From Gracilinanus agilis (Eukaryota): DNA of 64,000 nt. Where the stretch lies: NCBI RefSeq assembly GCF_016433145.1, contig NC_058133.1:169248689-169312688 (forward strand). The letters run 5' to 3'. The notes below the pieces were generated by a model. The model saw nothing but the letters and a program-made list of their open reading frames with translations, ran no database searches and was not told the DNA's origin. Positions 24,550-36,515 of the stretch are shown piece by piece. The translations under genes and the position numbers were made by a program. Positions within the stretch are counted from its first letter, which is position 1. Each line of letters starts with the position of its first letter.

Positions 24550-25960
24550 GAAGGGGCAGGGGAAGGGGAAGGGGCAGGGACAGGGGCAGGGTCCGGCTGG
24601 GACACTCGGAGAGCTGATCGGCGGCTCTCTCTGGAGGTGGAGGGAGAGGATGACTCCTTTTGTTAGGATTCAGTTAGGGTCAAAGAGCGCCCGGGTGGCG
24701 AGTTGGCTGGGAGGGGTCCAGCTTTGTGGAGCGTCACGGGAGGTTCAGAGCCCTGCGCGTGGCGGGGCCGGCCATTGTGGGAAGCGGGCCAGGCCCGAGA
24801 GGCTCCGACCCGGCTGCGCCTTCCGGTTACCATGGTAGCGGCCCCCTCCCGCTCACAGCATGGGAGGCGGGGGGGAGGGGTCAAGGGGGCAGTCAGTCAG
24901 CTAGTCAGTCTTCGGGGTCTACACACAAGCCCCGCCCCTCGCTCCCCCACCCGTCTCCCTCCCAGCCCCGCTGCCTTCCCGCCCGGTTGGCGGAGGGAGG
25001 GGAGAAGGGGAGCGGGGCCGTCGTCACATCCGGACGGAGTGGGCGAGTTCCGGTATTTCAGGGCGGAGCAGGCGGAAGTAGGGCTGAGAAGCGGCAGCAG
25101 CACCGAGCGGAGGAGGTAGCAGCCGGAGCGGGAGCCGGAACGGGGCGGGCACCATGGCTGGTATCACCACCATCGAGGCGGTGAAGCGCAAGATTCAGGT
25201 TCTGCAGCAGCAGGCCGATGACGCCGAGGAGAGGGCCGAGCGTCTCCAGCGGGAGGTGGAGGGGGAGAAGCGGGCCCGGGAACAGGTACCCAGACAGGCC
25301 TGGCCGGGGCGGGGCCGGGCGAGGGGACTGGAGGGATCTGGGACCCTGGACTTTGAACGTCGATATGCCAAGACCAGAGGAGGCCGGCTACTTAAGAGAT
25401 GGGCATCCGACTTTTGGGGGACTAATAATTAGACTGGATCAGGTCGACGAAGGGTGGTGAACTTGGTCCCAAGAGTGGACAGACGGGGCCGCCTGAGTAG
25501 GAGTCCTCCATCTCCGAAGCCCCGGGAGGGGTGCACGACCGCTGGGTGGGTGGGGGCCCGGGGTGTGGCTTCTCCCCTCCCCACTTCGGTCCAGGCTCAT
25601 TCATTCATTCCCGAGGAGCTGGGGCGCGGTCGGGGGAGGGGCTTTTCTGCTCTCCCCCTTCCTTTGCTTGCGAGGGGACCTTGTGGGCTGGTAAGCAAAG
25701 CCCCGAAGCGGTTTCCCCGCGGTGGGGGGGGCAGGGCTGAACCCGCCGGGCTGGGTCCCGGGGTGACGGGGCGAAGGGCGACAGGAAAGCCCCCAACTGG
25801 GGCCGCTGGCAGCCTTTCCGCTCCCTTTGCCTGCTCAGGAAATGAGGCAGCAATTCGGTTGAGAGGAAATGCGGTACCCCCCTCCTCCCCGCCCAGAGGA
25901 TGGGGCTTGCAACGCCTCCCATCCTTTCTCCTGCGGTCCTTTTCCCCCAGCCCCGCCCCC
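24550..25960. promoter_or_regulatory. CpG island / TPM3 exon 1b promoter
   Basis: CpG-rich, with GC boxes (cccgcccc near 24930) and ETS-like GCGGAAGT at about 25072, upstream of the exon 1b ATG. Confidence 0.8.
25154..25285 (+). CDS. TPM3: TPM3 exon 1b (short cytoskeletal isoforms)
   Basis: accATGg; [44 protein letters not shown]|gtaccc. Confidence 0.97.
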
Positions 25961-28900
25961 TGCCTCTTTTCCTTACCGGGGACTAATCTACTAGCCAAGA
26001 GGGAGGCAGGAGGGGAACTGGAGGTTCAACCTCCTTTCTTTTGTTGATTGTCATTGTGGGAGCTTGCTTAGCTTGGAAGACAGAAACCTCTGCTAATGTC
26101 AAGTCTTTGTTGAAGCAAGATCTCTGCACGCAGAACCTGTTAAGAGCACTTCCTCCATACTGAACTGATAAGCAAGTATGTGTATGCAGAGGGGCATCAG
26201 ATAGGTTTCTAGCTTCTGCTAGAAATTCTGTTGGCATGAGGTCTGATGAACTACTAGTGACATGACTTCCGAGTCTACTTTGGAATCTTTTCTTCCCTTG
26301 GTACTTCTACAGTGTGGTTTGGGCCCTTGAAATCTCCAACTATAATTTGGAATATTTTATGATGACTATTGGTAAGATATTTATGAAAGTGCTTTCTACT
26401 TAGAAGTGATGAGAGAAAGCAACTTGCAAGACAGGCTAACTGGAGTATAATACAATTTTGGGATATCTGGCTCTGAATATTGAAGAAAAAAAGATGTACT
26501 GGTGTCTTGTGGAGAATAATACAGGCAGTTAGAGAGGGACTGATTGGCTTAATGGTTTTAATATTTGATGGAATATGTACCCAGAGAGAAAAACCATGTT
26601 TTGTTAGTGCTTTTAGTTAGTTCCTCTTAGTCAAGTCAAGGTCAGCTTTCTTCTGGTTCCTGGTTTAGGGTCTCCCCAACCCTGAGCTTTTGGGTTTGGG
26701 AGGTAAGAGTTAAAGAAAGGAGCTAGTTGGGATAGGAATGTTGATGGTGGGGCTGGACAGTTGAACTGTGTACTTAGCAAAAATCTGAATCCCTTCCCCT
26801 CCTAATAGGTACCATAACCTTATTAATAAATTCAAATAAGTACTCTTGAGCTGTGGCAAGATGGTATTCAACTTTGAAGGGAAGTCTTCCACTTTTTCTC
26901 CCTTTATTTGATAATTCTACCCTTAAATGAATGGCTGGTAGGGCCCTCCTAACCCACCATGTGTTTGAGCCTCTTTATAAATGAATTCCATATCATGGGA
27001 GAAGATCTTCAATGGAGACTGATGAAAAGTATTATTGTTCTTCATGACTGGTCTCTGAATAAGTTGAGCAGCTTTGACCTACCTCCTTTTTTTTTTTTTT
27101 TTTTTAACTCAATTCAGGACTAACCTTGGAGTCTTGGGGTGCTTAGGGAGTAGCTGTAGATTAATGCTTCTCAATCAAGGGGAGCCTGCCAAACCCGATT
27201 TATTACCCTGAGGACTAGTGAGGAAGTCTTCAAAAAGGGGAAGTAGGCTAATGTCTCTGTGTAATGAGAGTCTTCCCCCTCTCCAGCTCAGGGGAATCCA
27301 ATAATTACTTTCTTGCACCTTTTCTAGAACATCCTGGAGTATGGATTTGTAGGCTGACTTCTCCCCCTCCCTTTCTCCTGCATAGCACACTCAAGTGTGT
27401 TACTGGGAATTGTCATTTAAGTTTTCCTTTTTTTCCCCTTTGTTTTTGGTTGTTCATTTTTGTCAACTATCCTAGAGCCATCCTCTAGTTAGGTTGGGTA
27501 GAGCGGAGAAAGCAGTTTAGTGATGTGATCTCAGGATCATTGGTGATTGACATTCATAATGAAGGCAACCTGGTAATAACATTTTCAATTTTTCATTTAA
27601 CATTGCATTACAGCCTTAAAGGAAACAAGGTAATAATATGTGAAATCTCAGCTATCCTTTTGTGTTTTGTCCCTGTGCCTACCCTCTTAGGTTTTGGGGA
27701 GTTTTGTTGATATTTGGCTGCCTTCCTAGATGAGTTCTGTTAAAAGCTAGTGAATGGACTCCCAACAACACTTGTCAGAGGCTAGCCTTCACCTCCAATT
27801 CCAGAACTTCATGGGATTGGGGGAAGGAGGAGGTTAAGACCATATTTTATGGCAGATTCTCTGGAGCCTCCTGAGCCCAGACATAGCTCTGACCTTTTTT
27901 GGCTCAAATCCTCGCCCCAAACACCAAAACTCACACATACACTTTGGGGAGGAGCCAAGAGCCCTTTGCTCTGAATGCCTTAGCCTTGTCTCCACCTTTG
28001 TTTACACTGGAGCCTAGTACTTCCCTGCCATCCCTTTTAAAATGGAAACTTAAATTTCCTCAAGGGCACCATATCTCCCCTGTTAGATAAATATGAACAC
28101 GATGAACTGGACCCTTACTTGGGGATCCTGCATAACTCTTCTGTTATTCTTTCCTTTTGAATGTTGGCAAGTTTTCTCTAAAAAGAGAGAACCTAGAGTA
28201 GCAGGTGTGGATTAATTTCCCTCCTTGCTCTTATCCCAACTTTTGGAGCATCAGTTGCTCCAGCAATCTCTTGGCTTAAGGACTAAGTGGACTCTAGTGT
28301 GCTTGGAGCTGATTTTGGTGGTGATACATTGTGAAAAATTCAAAGGATGTAAAATGACTTGGGTTCAGTTACTAGGACTGGTGACAGTTATTTTAGAAGT
28401 GCAACCACATGGACCTCTACTTGGGGGGTTTAGGTTTAGTGGATAGGGAATAATTAACTGGACTAAGGGAGGAGTGGGGTATCAGTGGTGGGGTGGGGTC
28501 ACCAAGTCCAAAAGATCAAATTCCTATCTGGGGGTAGAAGGGAAAGAAACAAGCATTTATTAAACACCCAATATGTGTCAGGCACTGTGCTAAGAATTAA
28601 GATAGAAGAGCCCCTTTCTGTATATCTCCAGTGGCTATATATCCAGTATTTTCTATTCCACTGGATGCAGGAGTTTTTATACCTAATACTCTCTCCCCCT
28701 ACCATATTATCTCCAGGAGAGGTAGTTGGTTCAGCTCAGTGGATTTCTCTTCTTGATCTGAAATAATAAAAATTATGACATTTTAAAAGTACGAAGGTTT
28801 AAACTAGAACCTTAAAAATCTGTTTTCCTCTTTTTATGGATGGGGAAATTAAAGCCAAGAGAAGAGAAGTGACTGTCCCCAGGGGTGTACAAACTAAGTC

Positions 28901-31174
28901 AGTGATAAAGTTGGAGAACTTGAACCAAGTAATTGGACAGTCAATCTGCATCAGTCTTTCAGCACTCTTTCCCTCCTTTCTTAGGTTGCCTGGTCTGATT
29001 GAAAAAGCAGAGTATTCCTAATCTCAAAACACTGATTCAGTAGCTCATTTTTAGAAGAACAACTGCCCTAAGGTGAAGGGATTGGAGTTGTCCCTGAAGA
29101 TATTCCTGAGGATATTTTCTAGCTTGGATTCTGCCCACCTTGTCATATGTAGGCATCACTGTTTTCTCCTCCCTCTGCAACCTTGCAAAGAATGCTATTG
29201 TAAATGCTGGTTTGTGAGAGAAACCGCCCAAGCTAGTTTGTTGTCATGGAAACCTATATACCACTCCACCTCCGTAGATTGATTTTTCCTGCTGCAGAAT
29301 GAGAGGAACCTTCTTTCCATCTAACGAAGAGCCTGATGCTCTCCCCAGCTGTCCCCAATATTGAGTTCAGTTCTTGGTTTTGAATCTCTTGTTCTCTAGA
29401 AAACAGTAATTATGTTGGGAGTGTTTCACAAACCCTCTACTATAAGCCTGGCTTCTTATACTTTGTCCAGTCCAGGCCTTGCAGGGTCCTCCAAGAGAAA
29501 TATGCTTCCTGGGAGATAATTTCTTCCTTGGAGGGATGTGTGTATGTGTGTGTGTAGTGTTTTTGAATGGTTTGGTTGAGTAAAATGGGTTTTCCTTCAG
29601 TTTATTTAAGCAAACTAAATTCTTGATCATATAGTTTGTAACCCACAGGCTAAATATGGTCAATTTAAAATTCTTGTAATACTTTCCACCCCCCAGGAAA
29701 TAAACCTCTTGCTTGATTGGCATATCACATTAGCATTGCAGCCTTCCCCACCTGGTTTCCTCTAGGCCTCCTATTTTTGGTGTGTTTTGGATTCCAAAGG
29801 AACTGATTCTTAGCATGATTGTATTTGGCTGAGCTGTCTCCTTACCCCACCCACCCAGAAAGGTGAGGGGGTGGGGTGGGGAGTAAGGGGAGAGAAAATC
29901 AGGACAGCTGTATTCAGGCACAATCTTAGCCAGCTGGGCTGCTGAAGGGAGATCATGTTTACAAGGTGCTTGGATAAGCATCTGAATTAAATGGTGTGCA
30001 GGGGAGATTAAATTCTTATACTGTAGTAGCAGCCAGTTTTGCGTGATAACTAGTTAAAGGGTATAGAAAAAAGAAGTCTTAAGAAAAGCTTTGAAAGTTA
30101 CAGGTTTTGTAACCTTTTTGGAATTATCTTTCCAGTCTTGCCTTCATCATGCCCCTTTTTCTGATGTATGAATGGAACACTTGAAATTTCCTGCAGAAGC
30201 TTCCTTAGCCTGACACTCATTTAGGGAAGTGGAGTGGTTTATTATTCTAGCTCCATCTCCCATGTTTTGCAGATCAAACTAAGGCCAAGAGAGGTTGTAA
30301 CTTATTGGCTATGTGATCTTTGGGAAGTAGTTGAGAACAGTACTCAAATGTAGGTTTCCCAGCTGACTTCAAATTGAGCACTCTTAATATTATACTGAGG
30401 CTGAGAAAAAATTGTGAAACTATTAGTAGGTAGGCTTTTTTAGTGGGCTGTTGAAAGGAGAATGTGAGAAGCTTCTCAGAAACAAAGATTCTTTAAGGAA
30501 GAGAGTGAAGAATGTGTGGGTAGACATAACATTTCTTCTGCTGCTGTTTTCTTGGTCTCTTGGATATCAACATTAATTTCAGGCAAGCCTGAGGTTCTTT
30601 AATTTCTTTCTTTTCCTTGAAAACTTTGAAGAGCAAATGTTAAAGGGTTGGGTAAGGTTAGTATTTAGGAGTGGTTTGGGCCCCTTAACATCTTGGCCCT
30701 GACTCTAGAAGCTACTTTGGAAGAGCTTATCATATTTTTTCTGTTATTTAATCTAGAAATAGGTGAAGAATTCAATAAATGTTCTATAGTCATAAAGCAA
30801 ATTACTAGCTTAATCCAAGCACATAACCCGCTTTTATTAAAGGAGCTCTCAAAATCAGAATTCAGGCCAGGTGGGAGCACTATTTTTCTGGCCCTTTTGA
30901 GTTTATGTTTAGGGGAGGGGACTTGACTTGCTGGTCAAGAAGCTGGTTTCTGAAACCAAACCCTTTTCCTGTAGAGAGTATGGCTGGGATGAAGGGGATT
31001 TTTGCAGGTACTAAGTGCCAGATAACAAATCTCTACTCAGCAGGGTAGAATTTGGCCTGGCTCAGTTACTCTGGAGCTTTCTTATAATGGTTACCTTATT
31101 TGTTGAGTTTTGAGCTTCCAGCCTTTCTCCCCAGTGTCTCCTCCTGCTACAATTTTCTATTCATTTCTGCCTAG

Positions 31175-31309
<135 letters not shown>

Positions 31310-31774
31310 TGAGTTTGGGTGCTTCAGCTGCTCTATGGCTTTCAGTAGCCAAAAGGTTTGCTGCTTTAAATCATTTAAGTTATTTGCCAAATACCTAGTT
31401 TTTAAGTTTTCTTTTTCTTCTCTGTTGATGGTTCTTAGTCTTATGTTAGATAAGCAAGCTAAAGGACAAGAAAAAAGGGCTTTTGAATTTTATAACCCTT
31501 CAAACAAGTTCTTCCTGGGGATTTCTAAAGTTTGCAGCTAACTTCATGTTTATTATGGCATCTACAAGTTATTCTCCCTAAGTTACAATAAGCCTTTGTT
31601 GTTCCATTCTTTTAGCTAATTCTCATCTTTGTCACTTGAAAATAGACATTTGCCCTTTCTAGGTGTAGATTAAATTATAGATTAGATTAAAAAGGAAGCC
31701 ACTCCTTGAGCCATAAAACTTCAGAGTTCCTGCTTCATTCCCACATGTCTTTCCCTGCCATATTCTCTTTGTAG

Positions 31775-31892
31775 AGGTATGAAGGTCATTGAAAATCGGG
31801 CCCTGAAGGATGAAGAGAAGATGGAGCTGCAAGAAATCCAGCTAAAAGAGGCCAAGCACATCGCGGAGGAAGCAGATAGAAAGTATGAGGAG
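31775..31892 (+). CDS. TPM3: TPM3 exon 4
   Basis: gtag|[39 protein letters not shown]|gtgag; 118 nt. Confidence 0.97.
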
Positions 31893-32026
31893 GTGAGATC
31901 CCCATCTGGCTGTGTCTCCAGAACCCTTCCCCTGAGCCCTTTTGGAAGGGGGAGAACAAAGCATGTTGAAGGACAAGAACATTTTGCTTTTCTTCACTGA
32001 TCCCTGGCTTGGAACTTTGTGTGTAG

Positions 32027-32097
32027 GTGGCCCGCAAATTGGTGATCATTGAGGGGGACTTAGAGCGCACAGAGGAGCGGGCCGAGCTGGCTGAGTC
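32027..32097 (+). CDS. TPM3: TPM3 exon 5
   Basis: gtag|VARKLVIIEGDLERTEERAELAE(S)|gtgag; 71 nt. Confidence 0.97.
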
Positions 32098-32740
32098 GTG
32101 AGTATCTAACTTCCAAAACCTTATCACAACCATTGATCACTTGTCCTCTGTTATGGTCACTAATGTGAAAGAACCCAGCATTCCCTCAATCTTGTTAAAC
32201 AAGGCCTTTGGGGTAGGGGATGTCTGGACCTTACTTGAGGGAAAAAATGGGCTCTGAAGAGATGACTATAGGAGACTTGGCTTGTGGAATGGCTTTTGTG
32301 TAGAATATTCAAAAGTTAGGAAGTGATGAGTGGGGAGAACACAAGATCTAGAGTCTGCCATCCCAGCCTCAGAAGGGGACAACCATTGTGCTTCCATCCC
32401 CCAAGTTGTTGGCATAGAGGGGGAGGGGTGCAGGAGCTCCCATTGTTACTTGTCTTGTTTGCTAATTAAGGACAGGATGAACACTTGTTGCTCCGGGTCT
32501 TGTGTAACAAAGTTAGCCCTAACATGGGCATACTTATGCTTCCCACCCATCTCTCCCACCTGTACCCCAAACACAGCATGTTGTGACCATGGTGGTTTGT
32601 TTTTTCTCCTTCCTTTTTTTCTTTTGCTCTGCTGCTTGTACTTTTGCTGTGCTTCTTTTTGACCCATCTCCCTCTCCTCCACCTGGCTTGTGCCACCCCC
32701 ACCCCCACCCACCCCCTTTCTCCTGTGACTACACTAACAG

Positions 32741-32816
32741 CCGTTGCCGGGAGATGGATGAGCAGATCAGACTGATGGACCAGAACCTGAAGTGTCTGAA
32801 TGCTGCTGAAGAAAAG
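32741..32816 (+). CDS. TPM3: TPM3 exon 6a (mutually exclusive, non-muscle)
   Basis: aacag|RCREMDEQIRLMDQNLKCLNAAEEK|gtact; 76 nt. Confidence 0.96.
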
Positions 32817-33385
32817 GTACTAACTGTTGCGACCACAGAAAGGGTGTGTGTGTCTGTCTGTGTGCATTTGCATATGTGCGTGAATGGTTGGTTTTGTTTT
32901 ATTTTGCAGCTTCCTCCCCTCCACTGGTTTGTTTGACTAGTCTTCTCATCTCCTCTCTCATGGAATGCTCCATTCTTTCCCACTGACTTGGCATCCTTCA
33001 CCTTTTCCTTCTTAGCTGCTTTACTGCTTTTCCACAGGGCCTTTCCTTCTCTTGAGGGGCTTGGAGATGGGAGCTGGACATGGGAGCCCATCTCCACCTC
33101 AGGCATTGCTATGCCCCGTTCCTGAACATGTCCTATCAGGAGCTTGTCTCTTAGGGGTTCTTCTCTTACTTTAGTCTTCTAGCATACTGGTTCCAGCCTA
33201 GAAGGGGCTACTCTCCCCATCTGTGCTGCTAGTAGTGAGGGGGTGGGAAGAGTGGGGCTATTCAGGGTTGTCTTGGCACTTCTCTGCCCTGGTGACTTCT
33301 CAACCCTCTCTACCTATAGATTCACATCTGTATGTCTCTCTCCTCTTTGTTTTCTTCTTCCCTTTTCCTCTCCTGCCTTCTTTAA

Positions 33386-33487
<102 letters not shown>

Positions 33488-34077
33488 TGAAAGGGACAGG
33501 CTTTGGGCCTGGGCCCAGCCCTACCATGTACATCCAGTAAGAGAAACCCTCTTTTTGTGGGGTGGGAGGGCACTCTGTTCAAGACATGGTGGTTGATACT
33601 GATCCTTCATGCTCTTTGCATTAAAATTTAAAATAGCTTCCTGCGTATAGAAGGCCAGGACCATGGTTCTTATGAACAGGCAAGGCAACTATCCTTGATC
33701 TAAATAGGTCTGTAGGTAATCTTGAGGGCTAGTGAGAGGAGAGGTACAAGGGACTAACTTTCCCCTTTGGCATCAGTGTGAATGACTATGTTTTAAAAGT
33801 TCTCTTGACTCTGACTTTCCTTATGAATTGAGGGAGAAAATAAACTTCTTAAAGTTTAGGATATCTAAAAAATACAGTTTTACAAATGAGCCCTAGGACA
33901 TCAAGACTGTGGATAATGAGGACATGAGATGATTTTAAAAAGAACTTCCTCTACCCACTCCCCCTTACCTCATGAGGCATTAAGTACATTCATTTCCATT
34001 GGTTGTTGGTGGGGGAGGAGAGTTAGTACCAATGAGGGTAATTTGATCTAACTACTATTAATTTAATTCTCTTGCAG

Positions 34078-34140
34078 TATTCTCAAAAAGAAGACAAATA
34101 TGAAGAGGAGATAAAGATTCTTACTGATAAACTCAAGGAG
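34078..34140 (+). CDS. TPM3: TPM3 exon 7
   Basis: gcag|[21 protein letters not shown]|gtgag; 63 nt. Confidence 0.97.
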
Positions 34141-34498
34141 GTGAGCTGTCATAGAGAACTAAAGTAATACACAGTCTTATTAGCATAGTTCATCTAACTT
34201 TGGGGCCCTGAACAGTAGAGAAGCTATGGTAGGGAATAGAGAGCTGACTCAAAAGTTAGGAAGACCCAGGTTCAAGGCTTCCTACTGACCCATCTTAGCT
34301 GTGTTACCCTGGAAAAATCCCTGAGGACCCTGGTCAACTTTCGAGGTCTTTAACTTGTTGAATGGTAGGAGGCTTTATCACCAGGACTTCTCTATACTGG
34401 TACAATCACAGATGTGGATCCAAGGTGGGGGAGGGATTTCCCTTTTTCATTCAGACTTGCCCATTCCTGGTTCTGATCAGTCTTAACGTCTTCCTCAG

Positions 34499-34568
34499 GC
34501 AGAGACCCGTGCTGAGTTTGCTGAGAGATCGGTAGCCAAGCTGGAAAAGACAATTGATGATTTGGAAG
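34499..34568 (+). CDS. TPM3: TPM3 exon 8
   Basis: ctcag|[23 protein letters not shown]|gtatg; 70 nt. Confidence 0.97.
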
Positions 34569-35549
34569 GTATGAAACTTAAGGGATGGAAATAAAGGGCT
34601 AGTAGGTGGTGATATTGCTCCCTATATATTCCTTCTGTTTCTGAAGACTTACAGAGAATTATCTGCCTCTCCACCTCTCTCTGGAGACATAGTGAGAACC
34701 CAGTACATGTCCTTTGTACTGAGTGACTGGTTTAAGTGTGCAGAGAGGGGATGTAGCTTACTTTCTCCTATTTAATCTAGTCCCAAGATTTCTGCCTTCT
34801 ACTTTGAAGCTTTGGAGAACCTTGACAGTATCTGTCTCCATTGTAGCCTTTTTGTATGCCCCTAGTTTTTGGGTGGCATTTGAAACCAAACTCTTCCTGT
34901 GTGTCAGTGGCTTCAGTGACCAAGTCATCTTTCAAGACTTAATTCCCTATCCAACTGTCCCCCAAAAAGGGAAACTGTGGTTGTGCCCTCCCCCCAAGGC
35001 TGAGCAATAAGTAGAGCTTTCTAAGCACTTCCTATCACTAGTTTGATAGCTAGATTTACTCATCAGCCTACTCTGCCTTTAGACTTGAGAACTCTTAAGG
35101 TATCTTTCCACTGTGGGCACAGGTTAGGTATATCCCTATTAAAAGGTTGGGAGGGTGAGGAGAGATCACATGCCTGGGATAATGAAGGTAGGCATGCCTG
35201 TTGGGCAACATTTTAAGTACTAGCAGGGCATCTTCCTGCTGTAGGCACAGGCTAAGTTATTGAATATCCCTCCTAGGGATAGTGGGTATGCTTTGGAGCA
35301 GCATTTTAAATAGTAGCCAAATACCTTTGAGTTCTGTCTCACTCCCAGGGGTTTATTGTTTATTGAATAGAGTAAGGATAGTATCTCCAGGGGGTTACAG
35401 TCATAGGAACTTCCCTCAAGGAATGCCCATTCTCAAATTCCAACTTCTACATTTGGTCGGAGAGAGGAAAGAAGAGCCCTGAAGACCTAAGTAGAAGCTG
35501 TACCTCTTGGGGAATCAGAGGAATGGCTCCTAGCAGGCTGTTACCCTAG

Positions 35550-35762
<213 letters not shown>

Positions 35763-36511
35763 TAACTATCTGACAGCAGAGTGGGGTTGGGCTTTTGTCT
35801 TTGGGAGGACAGGGTGTGCATAGAATGCTGTGCTGTTGTGGTGTCTGTCATTTGGAAACACTAATATCTCCACCCTTACCCTCAGTATTAGAATAAAAGG
35901 TGGTGCTGGTTACTGGTTTGGCCAGTGATGAGGCATTGATAAAGCTAAGAGTCCCTCCTTCCCCACCAACAAACTGGGCAGTGGTCCTATTTGTAAAGTA
36001 TAGACAACATACCTTTTATTCTTGCTGTGTTCCGTTACATTGTCTCTTGTCTTTTGTCTCCTCATGGAGGAAAATACTAAGGCTAATAATGTTTCTCTGT
36101 ATTACAGATAGAGAAATCAGTCCAGGGAAAGTCCAATCTATAAATGACTTGCTTGGACTTGAGTAGTTCATCCTTATAAAGCAAAAGGCCCCAGACAATT
36201 TGTAGTACTTTGTGATCTGGGTCCAAGGGAGACCCAAGTTGTTCTTCTTTAAGACTCTAGCTGAGTCCTAGAAATGAATGGGAAGTAACCAGCACCAGAG
36301 AGAGTTGTCTAGGGCCTTTTTCTGTTTGTGGATCCTTGAGTCTAATCTACATCTTTCTCCTTCCTTCCTACTAACTTAAAAAAAGAAGCCAAAAGTCTGG
36401 CTATAATTCCTGGTTCCTCTTTTCTTATCCCTATTACTACTCTTTCCTGAATGTACCCTGACTATTGAGAGCCACTCTCATCTGGGGTTTCATTCTCACT
36501 TCTCCACACAG

Positions 36512-36515
36512 ATAA
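36512..36515 (+). CDS. TPM3: TPM3 exon 9b coding tip (completes Ile + stop); 3' UTR follows with ATTAAA at 36712-36717
   Basis: cacacag|ATAA gives ...MTSI*. Exons 1a-2b-3-4-5-6b-7-8-9a-9b total 858 nt = 285 aa. The UTR resembles the recalled human muscle TPM3 UTR. Confidence 0.9.

Noticed and set aside
24663-26047. Many long ORFs (up to 197 aa) around TPM3 exon 1b
   Set aside because: Expected stop-codon scarcity in a CpG island; only 25154-25285 matches tropomyosin.
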